A stretch of 61,967 bases of DNA, counting the filler, from a candidate division WOR-3 bacterium (GTDB taxonomy: Bacteria > SDB-A), in assembly GCA_016934535.1 (NCBI GenBank). It is 5 parts of 5 records of this genome, joined end to end, with 100 filler letters (N's around TTAATTAATTAA, not from the genome) between each part and the next. Parts side by side here need not be neighbours in the genome. Positions count along the whole stretch, not along the records: positions 34,668 to 60,336 come from JAFGSQ010000071.1; positions 60,437 to 61,967 come from JAFGSQ010000016.1; 3 more parts are not named here. The stretch is one strand, 5' to 3'. The position numbers and the translations under genes were made by a program. The stretch's first letter is position 1, and the number at the start of each line of letters is the position of its first letter. The notes under the pieces are model-generated. The model ran no database searches. It saw only the letters and a program-made list of their open reading frames with translations, and had not been told where the DNA came from. This document shows positions 49,668 through 60,471 of the stretch, piece by piece.

Positions 49668-50984
49668 TTACCTCCTGCCTCTTATCTTGCCTTTGCTCAA
49701 AAATCCCTCGTAATGCCTCATCATGAGCTGGGCTTCTACCTGCCTCATTGTGTCGAGAATTACTCCGACAACTATGAGGATGGAAGTGCCTCCAAAATAA
49801 AACGGCAGATTGAACTTCTGAATAAGTATCATCGGCAAAACCGCTATGAAAGCAAAAAACAAAGAACCGGGTAAAGTAATTCTGCTGACGACGAAGTCTA
49901 TGTATTCAGCTGTCTTCCTTCCGGGTCTGTATCCGGGGATGAATCCGCCGTATTTTTTCATATTATCAGCGAGATCATTGGGATTGATGACTACTGACGT
50001 GTAAAAATACGCGAAAAACACAATAAGAACCACGTATATGACGTTATATACAATCTCGCCGGGTTGCATCCAGGCCGAAAAAATCGCCAGGAGCGACGCG
50101 CTCGTGCTGTTTTGGAAAAACTGGGCAATGGTCTGCGGGAACATCATAATGGACTGAGCGAATATTATGGGAATTATTCCCGCACTGTTCACGTTCAAAG
50201 GCAAATGAGTCGATTGTCCTCCGTAAACTTTCCTTCCTACCACTCTTTTCGCATATTGAACAGGTATCCTTCTTTGTCCCTGTGTTATCATGACTACCGC
50301 CGCGGTTATCAAAATCATCATGAGACCCAGGATCACGACAGTGAAGATATTAATCACTCCGGTTGTTAAAAGCATATACGTTCTGGCGACGTCCATCGGA
50401 AAACTCGCGATTATGCCGACCATGATTATGAGAGAAATTCCGTTTCCTATACCGACTTCGGTTATCCTCTCTCCGAGCCACATGACAAAAACAGTTCCGA
50501 CAGTCAGCGAAATTATCGTAGTCAACATGAACAAAAATCCCGGATTATTGACCAGAGGGAGGCCGTCTATGTTTTGCGCCTGAAGATATATTCCTATGCT
50601 GAAAGCCTGAAATATTGCGAGTCCGACAGTAGTATATCTCGTGTACTGTGTAATTTTTCTTCTGCCTTCTTCTCCTTCTTTCTGAAGTTTTTGAAAAGAA
50701 GGTATAATTGAAGCGAGAAGCTGAAAAATAATCGAAGCAGTAATGTAAGGCATGATACCGAGAGCGAACACAGTCGCCCTGCCGAGGTTCCCTCCGGCAA
50801 ACATGTCAAAAAGTCCCAGAATGCCCGATTGCTGAGCCTGAAAAAATCTCGATAGCGCTACGGCGTTAATACCCGGCAAAGGTATGTGTCCGCCCAGCCT
50901 GTAAATTACAAGAAGAAAAGCGGTCCAAAAGATTTTTTTTCTCAGATCTTCGACTTTGAATATGTTCTGAAAACTTTTAATCAC
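49668..50984 (-). CDS. secY: Preprotein translocase SecY
   Basis: ALGIMPYITASI, GIGNGISL, FIPGYRPG, GGTSILIVV. Confidence 0.98.
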   Translation of the reverse strand: MIKSFQNIFKVEDLRKKIFWTAFLLVIYRLGGHIPLPGINAVALSRFFQAQQSGILGLFDMFAGGNLGRATVFALGIMPYITASIIFQLLASIIPSFQKLQKEGEEGRRKITQYTRYTTVGLAIFQAFSIGIYLQAQNIDGLPLVNNPGFLFMLTTIISLTVGTVFVMWLGERITEVGIGNGISLIIMVGIIASFPMDVARTYMLLTTGVINIFTVVILGLMMILITAAVVMITQGQRRIPVQYAKRVVGRKVYGGQSTHLPLNVNSAGIIPIIFAQSIMMFPQTIAQFFQNSTSASLLAIFSAWMQPGEIVYNVIYVVLIVFFAYFYTSVVINPNDLADNMKKYGGFIPGYRPGRKTAEYIDFVVSRITLPGSLFFAFIAVLPMILIQKFNLPFYFGGTSILIVVGVILDTMRQVEAQLMMRHYEGFLSKGKIRGRR

Positions 50985-51448
50985 TTGACCACTTCCGTCT
51001 CTTCATTGTTGAAATTAATTGTCTGGAATGTTCCTCCCGCGCTTTCAATCTTTTCTTTGGCCGCTTTCGACAAAGCATGAACTTTGAAATTAACGGCTTT
51101 GGACAGAGATCCTTCCGCGAGTATCTTTATTTTTTCACCCCATTTTATCAACTTTTTCTCGTAGAGAGTTTCCGGATTGACTTCCGTCATGCCCAATTCC
51201 TCAATTTTCTTGAGATTGAAAGGCTTATAATCCGTCCGGTTTATGTTTTTGAATCCTCTCTTCGGTATCAAGCGCTGAAGAGGCATTTTTCCGCCTTCGA
51301 ACCAGGGCGGTACCGAGGAGCCCGATCTCGATTTTTGACCTTTCGTTCCTCTTGTGGCCGTTTTTCCGTGACCTGATCCTATACCTCTGCCAATTCTTTT
51401 TTTCTTGTGCGTTGATCCGGGAGTCGGCGATAAATCGTGAAGCTTCAT
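50981..51448 (-). CDS. rplO: 50S ribosomal protein L15
   Basis: GRGIGSGHGKT, FEGGKMPL. Confidence 0.96.
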   Translation of the reverse strand: MKLHDLSPTPGSTHKKKRIGRGIGSGHGKTATRGTKGQKSRSGSSVPPWFEGGKMPLQRLIPKRGFKNINRTDYKPFNLKKIEELGMTEVNPETLYEKKLIKWGEKIKILAEGSLSKAVNFKVHALSKAAKEKIESAGGTFQTINFNNEETEVVK

Positions 51449-51630
51449 ACTGTCAACTCCTCTACATTAACGAGATGTTTCACTTTTTCGATCATTCCGC
51501 GAACCTGAGGCGAGTCTTCCATGATTACGGAATCCCTGATACGCCTGAGACCCAGAGCGAAAACTGTTCTTTTCTGAACTATGTTCCTTCCGATCGGACT
51601 TTTTACCTGTGTTATTCTGAACTTTTTCAT
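51445..51630 (-). CDS. rpmD: 50S ribosomal protein L30
   Basis: RITQVKSPIG, ALGLRR, RGMIEKVKHL. Confidence 0.93.
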   Translation of the reverse strand: MKKFRITQVKSPIGRNIVQKRTVFALGLRRIRDSVIMEDSPQVRGMIEKVKHLVNVEELTV

Positions 51631-51649
51631 TTTTTTCGCTCCTTGGATT

Positions 51650-52159
51650 TCACCTTTGCTTTGGTAAAATATCCTCAACTTTCTTGTTTCTGTTTCTTGC
51701 GACATCTTCGGGATTTCTCAATTTTGTAAGCGCGTCCATTGTGGCTTTCGCGAGATTGACCGAACTGTTTGAGCCCAAAGATTTTGTTAAAATATCTTTT
51801 ATTCCTGCCGCGTTAAGCACAGCTCCGACAATCGAACATGCTATAACGCCTGTGCCTCTGGATGCCGGTTTAAGCAAAACTCTACTCGCTCCGTGAACTC
51901 CGACGACGGGATGCGGGATCGTTGTTCCGAAAACACAAACGTCCGTCATATTTCTTTTCGCTTTTTCAGTGGCTTTTGAGATAGCGTTCGCTATTTCTGA
52001 TGCCTTCCCGGTTCCGACTCCAGCTTTTCCTTTGCCGTTTCCGACGACGACGACACTGGAGAATTTGAACCGGCGGCCACCTTTAATGACTTTTGCAACT
52101 CTTTTTATGGCGACGGTCTGATCGAACATCTCGGTGGTTTCGATTACGTTTTGTCTCAA
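51650..52159 (-). CDS. rpsE: 30S ribosomal protein S5
   Basis: [20 protein letters not shown]. Confidence 0.96.
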   Translation of the reverse strand: MRQNVIETTEMFDQTVAIKRVAKVIKGGRRFKFSSVVVVGNGKGKAGVGTGKASEIANAISKATEKAKRNMTDVCVFGTTIPHPVVGVHGASRVLLKPASRGTGVIACSIVGAVLNAAGIKDILTKSLGSNSSVNLAKATMDALTKLRNPEDVARNRNKKVEDILPKQR

Positions 52160-52551
52160 AATTCCAAACCTCCTTCTCTCGCGCCGTCTGCAAAAGCTTT
52201 AACGCGTCCGTGGAATTTGTATGGACCTTTGTCGAATACTATTTTTTTAATTTTTTTCCCGGCGGCTTTTTCGGCTAAAATCTTTCCGGCTTTTTTCGCG
52301 GCGAGAGTTTTCCCTTTCACGGTTTTGTCGTCAGATTTTGCCAGCTGGACTTTATCGAGCAATTCAGCGTCCTGTAGAGAAGACGAAGAAACGAGTGTAT
52401 TTCCGGTCGTGTCATCTATTATCTGAGCGTATATATGCTTAAGGCTTCTGTAGACATTCAATCTCGGAACCGAAGCCGTGCCCGATATTTTCATACGAAT
52501 TCTGTCGTGCCTTTTTTCTCTCTGTTTTCTTTTTAGCTTATTCTTGTCCAT
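52156..52551 (-). CDS. rplR: 50S ribosomal protein L18
   Basis: [23 protein letters not shown]. Confidence 0.96.
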   Translation of the reverse strand: MDKNKLKRKQREKRHDRIRMKISGTASVPRLNVYRSLKHIYAQIIDDTTGNTLVSSSSLQDAELLDKVQLAKSDDKTVKGKTLAAKKAGKILAEKAAGKKIKKIVFDKGPYKFHGRVKAFADGAREGGLEF

Positions 52552-52567
52552 TTCATTAACCTCTTGT

Positions 52568-53170
52568 TTATTTAGCGCCTGTAGCCGCGGCTTTACCGGC
52601 TTTGCGTCTTATCCATTCACCTTTATACTTTATACCCTTCCCCTTATAAGGTTCGGGTGGCCTTATGGATCTTATCAAAGCCGCCATTTGACCGACCGTC
52701 TGTTTGTCAAATCCCTTGACTGTTATCTGTGTGTTGTCAGGGGAAACATCGAATTTTATTCCGTCTAATTTTTTTATCCACTGGCTTGTTTTGACTTTTG
52801 TGCTCGAAATTCCCGCGGGAGGTGTCGCTGACACTCTTATTGGGTGAGAATAACCAATTGTTATTACAAGGTCTTCTTTATCCACAGTCGCTCTGTAACC
52901 GACTCCGACTATTTCGAGCTGCTTTTGGACGCCTTTCGTCACTCCGTCAATCATGTTTGCGACTACAGCCCTGGCGAGTCCTTGAAATTTACCTGCGTTA
53001 TCGTTTTTCCTGCTGACGAGCAAAATGTTGTCCTCTTTGGAAAATTCAATTCCCACTGGAAACCTCTGCTCGAGTTTGCCGAGAGGACCTTCAATTTTGA
53101 TCGCCTCGCCGGCAATTTCAACTTTGACTCCGCTCGGTATGTTTATCGGCTTTTTTCCTACTCTCGACAT
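52568..53170 (-). CDS. rplF: 50S ribosomal protein L6
   Basis: [22 protein letters not shown]. Confidence 0.96.
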   Translation of the reverse strand: MSRVGKKPINIPSGVKVEIAGEAIKIEGPLGKLEQRFPVGIEFSKEDNILLVSRKNDNAGKFQGLARAVVANMIDGVTKGVQKQLEIVGVGYRATVDKEDLVITIGYSHPIRVSATPPAGISSTKVKTSQWIKKLDGIKFDVSPDNTQITVKGFDKQTVGQMAALIRSIRPPEPYKGKGIKYKGEWIRRKAGKAAATGAK

Positions 53171-53178
53171 TTTTCACC

Positions 53179-53577
53179 TCACCAAATGTTGCACAATATC
53201 TCGCCGCCCACTTTTTTTCTTCTGGCTTCGGCATCCGTCATCAGTCCAAGCGGCGTTGAAACAATAGCCGTGCCGAGATTCTCCATGACTCTCGGTATGT
53301 CTTTATATCCTTTGTAAACTCTCAGCCCGGGTCTGCTGACTCTTTCCAAAGTCGAAATGACTGGTTTTCCTTCGCTCGTGTACTTAAGGTCGATTTTAAT
53401 GCATTTTTTTTCTGCTTCTTTTGTTTGTTCGACCCTGGATACATATCCTTCGGCTTCAATGATTTTGGCCACTTTGAACTTCAGGTCAGAATAAGGCATC
53501 GAAACGAATTCTCTCTTGACCATCAGGGCGTTTCTAATTCTTGTCAGCATATCAGCAATAGGATCACTCATCGACAT
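53179..53577 (-). CDS. rpsH: 30S ribosomal protein S8
   Basis: DPIADMLTRIRN, SRPGLRVY. Confidence 0.97.
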   Translation of the reverse strand: MSMSDPIADMLTRIRNALMVKREFVSMPYSDLKFKVAKIIEAEGYVSRVEQTKEAEKKCIKIDLKYTSEGKPVISTLERVSRPGLRVYKGYKDIPRVMENLGTAIVSTPLGLMTDAEARRKKVGGEILCNIW

Positions 53578-53586
53578 TTAGTCCCC

Positions 53587-53772
53587 CTACCAGCTTGCTT
53601 TCTTTATTCCGGGAATCTCCCCCTTGAGAGCCATTTCCCTGAAACAAATCCTGCAAAGACCGAAATCCCTCAAAAAACCCCTGCTTCTTCCGCACCTGAA
53701 GCATCGATTGTATTTTCTGACGGCGAATTTCGGTTCGCTTTTCTGTTTGTTTATCCAAGATCTTTTAGCCAT
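53587..53772 (-). CDS. rpsZ: 30S ribosomal protein S14 type Z
   Basis: 61 aa; RCFRCGR...LCRICFRE. Confidence 0.95.
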   Translation of the reverse strand: MAKRSWINKQKSEPKFAVRKYNRCFRCGRSRGFLRDFGLCRICFREMALKGEIPGIKKASW

Positions 53773-54432
53773 TTAGACTCCCGCCTTTTCGGTTGAGCTT
53801 TTTCTGAAGGGGATTCCCATCAGTTCCAGCAAGGATCGGGCTTCCTCATCAGTTTTTGCTGTAGTCACCATTGTTATATTCATTCCGAGAATCGAATAAA
53901 CTTTGTCGTAATCAATTTCAGGAAACACAATTTGCTCAGTGAGCCCGAAGTTATAATTCCCTCTACCGTCGAAGCCGTCTGTTTTAAAGCCCCTGAAATC
54001 CCTTATTCTTGGAGCGGCGACGTTTATCAGTCTGTCGAAAAATTCGTACATCATATTATTTCTCAAAGTGACTGATATTCCGACCGGCATTCCTTCTCTC
54101 AGTTTGAAATTCGATATGGCCTTTTTCGCTTTTCTCACCGACGGTCTCTGCCCTGTTATTATCATCAAATCGTTTACTGCCGCTTCCATTAATTTTGAAT
54201 CCTGAATGGCCTTGCCCAATCCCATACTCACTATTATTTTTTCAATTTTAGGTATTTCCATTTTCTTGTAACTGTATTTTTTTTCAAGTTCCTTCATGAC
54301 ATTTTTACGATACAAATCCTTAATTCTCGGAATTCTCTTTTCTCCGCTCGGCTTGTCAGTAACTTCTATTTTCTGAAGCGATTTCCCGGAACCACCCTGT
54401 TCCTGAGCTTTCGACTTTTTATCTTTTGCCAT
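53773..54432 (-). CDS. rplE: 50S ribosomal protein L5
   Basis: ITGQ, FKLREG, PRIRDFRG. Confidence 0.96.
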   Translation of the reverse strand: MAKDKKSKAQEQGGSGKSLQKIEVTDKPSGEKRIPRIKDLYRKNVMKELEKKYSYKKMEIPKIEKIIVSMGLGKAIQDSKLMEAAVNDLMIITGQRPSVRKAKKAISNFKLREGMPVGISVTLRNNMMYEFFDRLINVAAPRIRDFRGFKTDGFDGRGNYNFGLTEQIVFPEIDYDKVYSILGMNITMVTTAKTDEEARSLLELMGIPFRKSSTEKAGV

Positions 54433-54438
54433 TTTTCC

Positions 54439-54771
54439 TCACTTGTTTGCTAACGCCGAACCGCATCTGCCACAAAATCTATCCCCGGGTTTTTCCGGAT
54501 TTCTCTTCACTTTTGAAGGAGAATGACATGCCTGGCAGACGACCATAAAATTTGAAATATTTACCGGCGCTTCTTTTGTGATTATTCCGCCTGGTTCCGT
54601 CTGGCTTTTAGCGCGGGTGTGCTTCTTAACCAGATTGATGCCTTCAATTATGGCGGTGTTCTTTTCAGGAAACACAGCCAGTATTTTTCCCTGTTTTCCG
54701 CGATCATTGCCGGTCATCATCTTGACCGTGTCGCCTTTTTTTACATTCAGTTTGATGTTCTTTTTCATCAC
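54439..54771 (-). CDS. rplX: 50S ribosomal protein L24
   Basis: KKGDTV, GNDRGKQG, EAPVNISN. Confidence 0.95.
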   Translation of the reverse strand: MMKKNIKLNVKKGDTVKMMTGNDRGKQGKILAVFPEKNTAIIEGINLVKKHTRAKSQTEPGGIITKEAPVNISNFMVVCQACHSPSKVKRNPEKPGDRFCGRCGSALANK

Positions 54772-55136
54772 ACGACCTCCGGAGCCAGGGAAACAATTTT
54801 AAGATAGTTTCTTTCTCTCAGCTCTCTCGCGATTGGACCGAAAATTCTTGTGCCTTTAGGACTGCCCGTATCATCAATAATGACAACGGCATTCTGATCA
54901 AACCTGACGCTCGTTCCGTCTTTTCTTTTGACGGGTTGTTTGGTCCTGACGACGACTGCGCTGTGTTTTGTTTTGCTTTTAACCGTCGCATTCGGAATGG
55001 CTTCTTTCACAACGATGGTGATTTTGTCGCCGACTCTGGCGTATCTCCTTCTGCTGCCGCCGAGAATCTTTATGCACAGTCCCCATTTTCCGCCTGAATT
55101 ATCGGCGATCACAAAAGTAGAATTTTCAGATAACAT
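54768..55136 (-). CDS. rplN: 50S ribosomal protein L14
   Basis: ADNSG, GTRIFGP, SLAPEVV. Confidence 0.96.
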   Translation of the reverse strand: MLSENSTFVIADNSGGKWGLCIKILGGSRRRYARVGDKITIVVKEAIPNATVKSKTKHSAVVVRTKQPVKRKDGTSVRFDQNAVVIIDDTGSPKGTRIFGPIARELRERNYLKIVSLAPEVV

Positions 55137-55137
55137 T

Positions 55138-55419
55138 TCAGTTTTCTCCTTGTTCTCCTTTGGCTCTCCTGAGAATTTTGGACAGAGTCCAGCATTTCTT
55201 TTTCGACAGAGGCCTGGTTTCCATAATGATGACAATGTCGCCTTCCCGGGCGGAATTGTTTTCGTCGTGAGCCATGAATTTTTTATACTTTTTAATTATT
55301 TTCTTGTAGAGAGGATGGGCAAATTTTCTTTCTACTTTTACAACGACGGACTTGTTCATTTTATCTGAGATCACGATCCCTTCTCTGAACTTTTTCCTGT
55401 TGGTTCTTAAATTATCCAT
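55138..55419 (-). CDS. rpsQ: 30S ribosomal protein S17
   Basis: SDKMNK, HPLYKK, ETRPLSK. Confidence 0.96.
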   Translation of the reverse strand: MDNLRTNRKKFREGIVISDKMNKSVVVKVERKFAHPLYKKIIKKYKKFMAHDENNSAREGDIVIIMETRPLSKKKCWTLSKILRRAKGEQGEN

Positions 55420-55630
55420 TTTTGCCGCTTCCCTTCTTCGCGATTTCTCTTTCTCTCAAAATAGTCAGAATCCTGGCTTTTTCCTTTTTCGCGTTAGTTA
55501 TATTGGCTGGTTTGTCCGTAGTATTGGACATTACCCTGAAACGCAGTTTAAAAATCTCTTCGTTAATTTCATCGAGCCTGTGAAAAAGCTCTTTTTCAGT
55601 AAGTTCTCTTATCTCTTTTGTTTTCATCAT
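55412..55630 (-). CDS. rpmC: 50S ribosomal protein L29
   Basis: Position; EIFKLRF, ARILT. Confidence 0.9.
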   Translation of the reverse strand: MMKTKEIRELTEKELFHRLDEINEEIFKLRFRVMSNTTDKPANITNAKKEKARILTILREREIAKKGSGKNG

Positions 55631-55636
55631 TCACCC

Positions 55637-56053
55637 CTACGCTATATCGTGGCCTGAAATGAATCTCGTCTTTATGGGAAGCTTTGCCGACGCGAGTTCC
55701 ATCGCTCTTTTTGCCGTTTCTTCGTCGATGCCTTCCAGCTCAAACATTACTCTCCCCCTTCTGACGACTGCAACCCAACCGACCGGAGCGCCTTTCCCTT
55801 TACCCATTCGCGTCTCCGCAGGTTTTTCAGTTATTGGCTTATCGGGGAACATTCGGATCCAAAGCTTGCCTCCCCTTTTTATGTGCCTTGTTATAGCGAC
55901 ACGAGCCGCTTCAATCTGTTTGGCCGAAATCCACGCCGCTTCAAGAGCTTGAAGACCGTAATCGCCGAAATCAATTTTGTTGGCGCCTTTTGATACGCCT
56001 CTTCTTTTACCCCTCTGCTGTTTTCTGTATTTCATTCTCTTAGGTGCCAACAT
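55637..56053 (-). CDS. rplP: 50S ribosomal protein L16
   Basis: MLAPKR, RMGKGKG. Confidence 0.97.
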   Translation of the reverse strand: MLAPKRMKYRKQQRGKRRGVSKGANKIDFGDYGLQALEAAWISAKQIEAARVAITRHIKRGGKLWIRMFPDKPITEKPAETRMGKGKGAPVGWVAVVRRGRVMFELEGIDEETAKRAMELASAKLPIKTRFISGHDIA

Positions 56054-56065
56054 GATTAATTTCTC

Positions 56066-56761
56066 CTATTTTCTCTTTTTATCTTTTTTAGCCCCTAACA
56101 GGCCGAGTTGATTCAATCTGTATTGGTCTTCGTCGTTCATTATCAAGCCTTTAAATATCCAGGTCTTTATCCCTACAGTTCCCGAAAGCGTGTGTGCCGT
56201 AGTTTGAGAATAATCTATGTCCGCTCTTATTGTGTGAAGCGGAATGTTCCCCTCCCTGTACCATTCGGTTCTGGCTATTTCAGCTCCTCCGAGCCTTCCC
56301 GAACAAGTGACCTTAATGCCTTTGGCGCCTTGTCTGAGAGCGTTTGTGACTGCTCTCTTCATTGCTCTCTTGAAACTCACCCTCTGGATTATCTGTCTCG
56401 TGATATTGTCCGCCACAAGTTTGGCGTCCAATTCGGGATTCTGGACTTCCTGAATCTTGAGATTCACTTCTTTACCTATAAGCTTCTTTATCTCTTCTCT
56501 GAGCTGGTTTATTTCCTTGCCTTGTTTTCCTATAATCTTGCCCGGTGTCGAAGTGTGAACCGTCACAGTGACATTGTCCACGGCTTTCTCTATCTCGACT
56601 TTCGAAACACCAGCCTGGCTCAGCCTCTTGTCAAGGTATCTTCTTATTTCAATGTCTTCTTTTAATCCCTGACTGAATTTTCTGTGATGGGCAAACCAGC
56701 GGGAATCCCAGTTTTTTGTGATCCCGATTCTGAATCCTACAGGATGTGTTTTCTGTCCCAA
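56066..56761 (-). CDS. rpsC: 30S ribosomal protein S3
   Basis: GQKTHPVGFR, SGRLGGAEIAR; TTG start at 56761 inferred. Confidence 0.96.
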   Translation of the reverse strand: MGQKTHPVGFRIGITKNWDSRWFAHHRKFSQGLKEDIEIRRYLDKRLSQAGVSKVEIEKAVDNVTVTVHTSTPGKIIGKQGKEINQLREEIKKLIGKEVNLKIQEVQNPELDAKLVADNITRQIIQRVSFKRAMKRAVTNALRQGAKGIKVTCSGRLGGAEIARTEWYREGNIPLHTIRADIDYSQTTAHTLSGTVGIKTWIFKGLIMNDEDQYRLNQLGLLGAKKDKKRK

Positions 56762-56773
56762 ATGCAACCTCCG

Positions 56774-57124
56774 CTATTTTGACGTGTTCTCGACTGTGAC
56801 CGTGATGTGACAGGTTTCCTTCACTATAGGTTTTGCTCTGCCCCTCGCTCCGGCTCTGAACCTTTTCGGATAATTCGGTCCTTTATCGATTTTTATTTCT
56901 TTTATGTAAATATTGCTGTCGTCGAGAGCGACTCCTTCCGGTTTAACCTTGAGATTCGCCGCGGCGGAAGCTATCGTTTTCGTGAGGGGTGAAGAAATCG
57001 AATAATTCGTGAAAGAGAGGAGAGATAATGCTTCATCGACCCTTTTGCCCCTGAAGGAATCGACTACCCTTCTGGCTTTTTTTGAAGTGACTCTGACGTA
57101 TTTTGTTACTGCTGTTGTCTGCAT
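56774..57124 (-). CDS. rplV: 50S ribosomal protein L22
   Basis: KARRVVD, SAAAN, ARGRA. Confidence 0.94.
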   Translation of the reverse strand: MQTTAVTKYVRVTSKKARRVVDSFRGKRVDEALSLLSFTNYSISSPLTKTIASAAANLKVKPEGVALDDSNIYIKEIKIDKGPNYPKRFRAGARGRAKPIVKETCHITVTVENTSK

Positions 57125-57135
57125 CTCCTGTCCCC

Positions 57136-57432
57136 TTATGCCTGAGTTTTGGTTTTCCTTTCCGCTTCGGCTTTCTTGCCTCCGTGTCCTCTGAACAGCC
57201 TCGTCGGAGAGAATTCGCCGAGTTTGTGTCCGACCATATTCTCCGTGACGTAAACGGGTATGAATTTTTTTCCGTTGTGAACAGCAAAAGACAATCCGAC
57301 AAAATCAGGTGTGATCGTCGAACGCCTGCTCCATGTCTTTATAGTCTTTTTGTCTCTTTCGGATTTCATTTTCTCGATTTTCTCAACCAGTTTCTGATCT
57401 ACGAAAGGACCTTTTTTCACTGATCTCGGCAT
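57136..57432 (-). CDS. rpsS: 30S ribosomal protein S19
   Basis: [15 protein letters not shown]. Confidence 0.97.
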   Translation of the reverse strand: MPRSVKKGPFVDQKLVEKIEKMKSERDKKTIKTWSRRSTITPDFVGLSFAVHNGKKFIPVYVTENMVGHKLGEFSPTRLFRGHGGKKAEAERKTKTQA

Positions 57433-57452
57433 TACGTCTTCTCCTTAATAAC

Positions 57453-58277
57453 TTATTTCGATTTTCTTTTTACTATGTATTTGTCAGATAATTTTTTCTT
57501 GCGCGTCTTGAAACCCTTCGTCGGAATACCGGTGGGTGAAACAGGATGTCTTCCTCCGCTCGACCTGCCTTCACCGCCACCGAGCGGATGATCGACCGGG
57601 TTCATAGCGACTCCTCTTACTTTGGGTCTTCTTCCGAGCCATCTGGCTTTCCCTGCTTTTCCATAATGAATGTTGAAGTAATCCGGATTGCTGACCATGC
57701 CTATTGTCGCTCTGCATTTTTGACTTATGAGCCTTATCTCTCCAGACGGCAGTTTGACGTGTGAAAATTTTCCTTCGTGCGCAAGTATTGTCGCCGAGGT
57801 TCCCGCCCCCCTGACCAGCTGAGCTCCTTTTCCCGGATTTAATTCGATGTTGTGAACGGCAATTCCGGTTGGGATGTTTCCTATTATCATGCAGTTGCCG
57901 ACATCTGCGGGAAGCTTTTCTCCGGATTTAATTTTATCTCCGACAGCGAGATTTTGAGGCGCCAGAATATAGCTTTTCACTCCGTCTTCGTAAACGACAA
58001 GAGCTATCCTCGCCCCTCTGTTGGGATCATATTCGATCGCCGCTACGTCGGCTGTGATCCCGTCTTTCTTCCTTTTAAAATCTATCAATCTGTATTTTCT
58101 TTTGGATCCACCGCCGCGGTGTCTTGCTGTGACTCTGCCCTGATTATTTCTTCCCCCTGATTTCTTTAAAATTTTCGTCAGGGATTTTTCCGGCTTTTTT
58201 TTCGTGACGTCTTTGAAATCATCGGTTTTGAGAAACCTCTGAATCGGAGTCACAGGATTGTATGATTTCAGTCCCAT
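57453..58277 (-). CDS. rplB: 50S ribosomal protein L2
   Basis: [17 protein letters not shown]. Confidence 0.98.
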   Translation of the reverse strand: MGLKSYNPVTPIQRFLKTDDFKDVTKKKPEKSLTKILKKSGGRNNQGRVTARHRGGGSKRKYRLIDFKRKKDGITADVAAIEYDPNRGARIALVVYEDGVKSYILAPQNLAVGDKIKSGEKLPADVGNCMIIGNIPTGIAVHNIELNPGKGAQLVRGAGTSATILAHEGKFSHVKLPSGEIRLISQKCRATIGMVSNPDYFNIHYGKAGKARWLGRRPKVRGVAMNPVDHPLGGGEGRSSGGRHPVSPTGIPTKGFKTRKKKLSDKYIVKRKSK

Positions 58278-58285
58278 TTTTTCAC

Positions 58286-58582
58286 CTACGCCCCTTCGAA
58301 CATTTCAATCTTATCACCCTCGGAGAGAACGCAGACCGCTCTCTTTGTCGAGGATTTTCTACCTTCGAACCTTCCGAGTTTTTTCAATTTTCCTCTCCGG
58401 TTCATGACAGATACGTCTTCGACCTTTACGTTGAACAATAGTTCAACCGCTTTTTTCACTTCAATTTTATTCGACCATTTACTGACGAGAAAACAATACT
58501 TGTTTTGATTTTCCCTCAGCATAGTGCTTTTTTCAGTCACTATAGGCCTGAGTATGATTTCCCTCGCTCTGTCGTGTGTCAC
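58286..58582 (-). CDS. rplW: 50S ribosomal protein L23
   Basis: [17 protein letters not shown]. Confidence 0.94.
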   Translation of the reverse strand: MTHDRAREIILRPIVTEKSTMLRENQNKYCFLVSKWSNKIEVKKAVELLFNVKVEDVSVMNRRGKLKKLGRFEGRKSSTKRAVCVLSEGDKIEMFEGA

Positions 58583-59211
58583 GGTGAAAAAACCTCCTTG
58601 AATATAGCGATGGATTCCGGTGTCAAAACAAGGCTGTCGGCGTTAATGAGATCAAAAGCGTTGACGCTCGACGCGAGAGCAGTTTTAACTTCGGGTAGAT
58701 TTTCAGCCGACAAAATGTAATCTTTTGAATATTCGTCATTTACGATGAGAGTTTTTTTGTTTTCTATTTTCAGTGAAGCAAGCATCGATTTAACACGAGA
58801 AGTCTGAGGTTTTTCGTAAACTACTTTCTCGACGCATTTAATTGAGCCTTCATTGGCTTTTAATGACAATACGGACCTGATGGCCAGATTTTTCATCTTT
58901 TTGTTTATTTTCTTTGTGTATTTTCTCACTTTTGGCCCGTGAGCGACTCCGCCGCCTTTCCATTGGACGGCTCTAATGCTTCCCTGCCTCGCTCTTCCCG
59001 TTCCTTTTTGCCTCCATGGTTTTTTTCCGCCACCAGAAACCTCAGCCCTGGTTTTTACGGAAGCATTTCCCTGTCTTTGGTTGGCCAGATACGTTACGAC
59101 CGACTGATGCATTACGCTTTTGTTTGCCTCGACAGAGAATACCTCGTCGGGCAGTTCAACGGTTTTGCCCGTGTCTTCGCCTTTTTCATTAAAAATCTTG
59201 AGCTGTTTCAT
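58579..59211 (-). CDS. rplD: 50S ribosomal protein L4
   Basis: KPWRQKGTGRARQGS. Confidence 0.97.
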   Translation of the reverse strand: MKQLKIFNEKGEDTGKTVELPDEVFSVEANKSVMHQSVVTYLANQRQGNASVKTRAEVSGGGKKPWRQKGTGRARQGSIRAVQWKGGGVAHGPKVRKYTKKINKKMKNLAIRSVLSLKANEGSIKCVEKVVYEKPQTSRVKSMLASLKIENKKTLIVNDEYSKDYILSAENLPEVKTALASSVNAFDLINADSLVLTPESIAIFKEVFSP

Positions 59212-59906
59212 CTTCCAAACTCCCTGCCTCTGTTTTTAATGGCGTCCTGAATTCTCAGATAAGATCCGTTGGGACCGGGCACAGCTCCTTTTAACAGGAG
59301 TAGGTTCTTATCAGGAATAATTCTGACTATTTTAATATTTTGTATTGTTCTAACAACATCTCCCATGTGACCGGGAAGTTTGTGTCCTTTGATGACCCTT
59401 CCTGGAGTGGTTCCTGCTCCTATCGATCCCGGAGCCCTGTGGAACATGGATCCGCGGCTTCCTCTTCCACCTTTGAAACCGTATCTTCTGACCACTCCCT
59501 GAAATCCTTTCCCCTTGGTTCTCGATTTCACATCGACGTATTCATCCTGTTTGAACACATTTTCAACAGTCAGGACGTCTCCGGTCTTGTATTCTGATTC
59601 CTGGGGAACTTTGAATTCCTGAATCATCGAACAGGGTTCGACTTTTGCTTTTTTGAAAACTCCCAGTTCTGGCATATTTATCTTTCTGCCTTTTGCACCT
59701 TTATTATCCTGTTTTTTATTCTCTTTAGAGATCGGCAGTTTTGCTTTTTCATAACCCAACAAAAGTTTCGTGTAGTCATTTCCCTCTTTTTTCTCGCAAT
59801 TGACGATGACACAGGGGCCGGCTTCGACAACCGTAACGGGAACCACCCTGCCGTCTTCGAGAAATATCTGAGTCATTCCCAGTTTTTTTCCTATTAAACC
59901 TTTCAC
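59208..59906 (-). CDS. rplC: 50S ribosomal protein L3
   Basis: GKKLGMTQ, KGKGFQG, HRAPGSIG. Confidence 0.97.
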   Translation of the reverse strand: MKGLIGKKLGMTQIFLEDGRVVPVTVVEAGPCVIVNCEKKEGNDYTKLLLGYEKAKLPISKENKKQDNKGAKGRKINMPELGVFKKAKVEPCSMIQEFKVPQESEYKTGDVLTVENVFKQDEYVDVKSRTKGKGFQGVVRRYGFKGGRGSRGSMFHRAPGSIGAGTTPGRVIKGHKLPGHMGDVVRTIQNIKIVRIIPDKNLLLLKGAVPGPNGSYLRIQDAIKNRGREFGR

Positions 59907-59911
59907 TTTTA

Positions 59912-60241
59912 TTACTCCTCGGTCATCATCTTTATCTCGACGTCGACACCCGCCGGTAAGTTGAGGTCTTTCAAAGCTTCTGTCGTCTGATGCGTCGATT
60001 TGACAATGTCAATGAGTCTCTTGTGAACTCTGATCTCAAACTGCTCGCGCGATTTTTTATCCACGTGAGGAGACCTCAAAACCGTGTATATGGTTTTTTG
60101 AGTCGGAAGAGGTATCGGACCGGCTATTCTTCCGCCCGACCTTTTTACGTTATGAACTATGTCCGAGACGCACTTGTCGAGAACGGCGTGATCATAAGCC
60201 TTCAGTTTTATTCTGATTGTTCCTATTTTGTTTTTATCCAT
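59912..60241 (-). CDS. rpsJ: 30S ribosomal protein S10
   Basis: [23 protein letters not shown]. Confidence 0.97.
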   Translation of the reverse strand: MDKNKIGTIRIKLKAYDHAVLDKCVSDIVHNVKRSGGRIAGPIPLPTQKTIYTVLRSPHVDKKSREQFEIRVHKRLIDIVKSTHQTTEALKDLNLPAGVDVEIKMMTEE

Positions 60242-60248
60242 AAAGCAC

Positions 60249-60336
60249 CTATTCCAATATTTCCGTGACTACGCCTGCGCCTACGGTCTTTCCGCCTTCC
60301 CTTATGGCGAATCTGAGTCCTTTTTCCATCGCAACC
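60249..60336 (-). CDS. tuf: Elongation factor Tu, C-terminal fragment
   Basis: Hand translation [28 protein letters not shown]. Confidence 0.95.
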
Positions 60337-60436
60337 NNNNNNNNNNNNNNNNNNNNNNNNNNNNNNNNNNNNNNNNNNNNTTAATTAATTAANNNNNNNN
60401 NNNNNNNNNNNNNNNNNNNNNNNNNNNNNNNNNNNN
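60337..60436. other. Artificial contig linker
   Basis: N44-TTAATTAATTAA-N44. Confidence 0.97.
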
Positions 60437-60471
60437 TGAATATATTTCAATAATATAAAGGAGGCGATTAA

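Noticed and set aside
45709-60268. Many plus-strand ORFs across the ribosomal cluster
   Set aside because: Antisense shadows of conserved genes with no recognisable motifs
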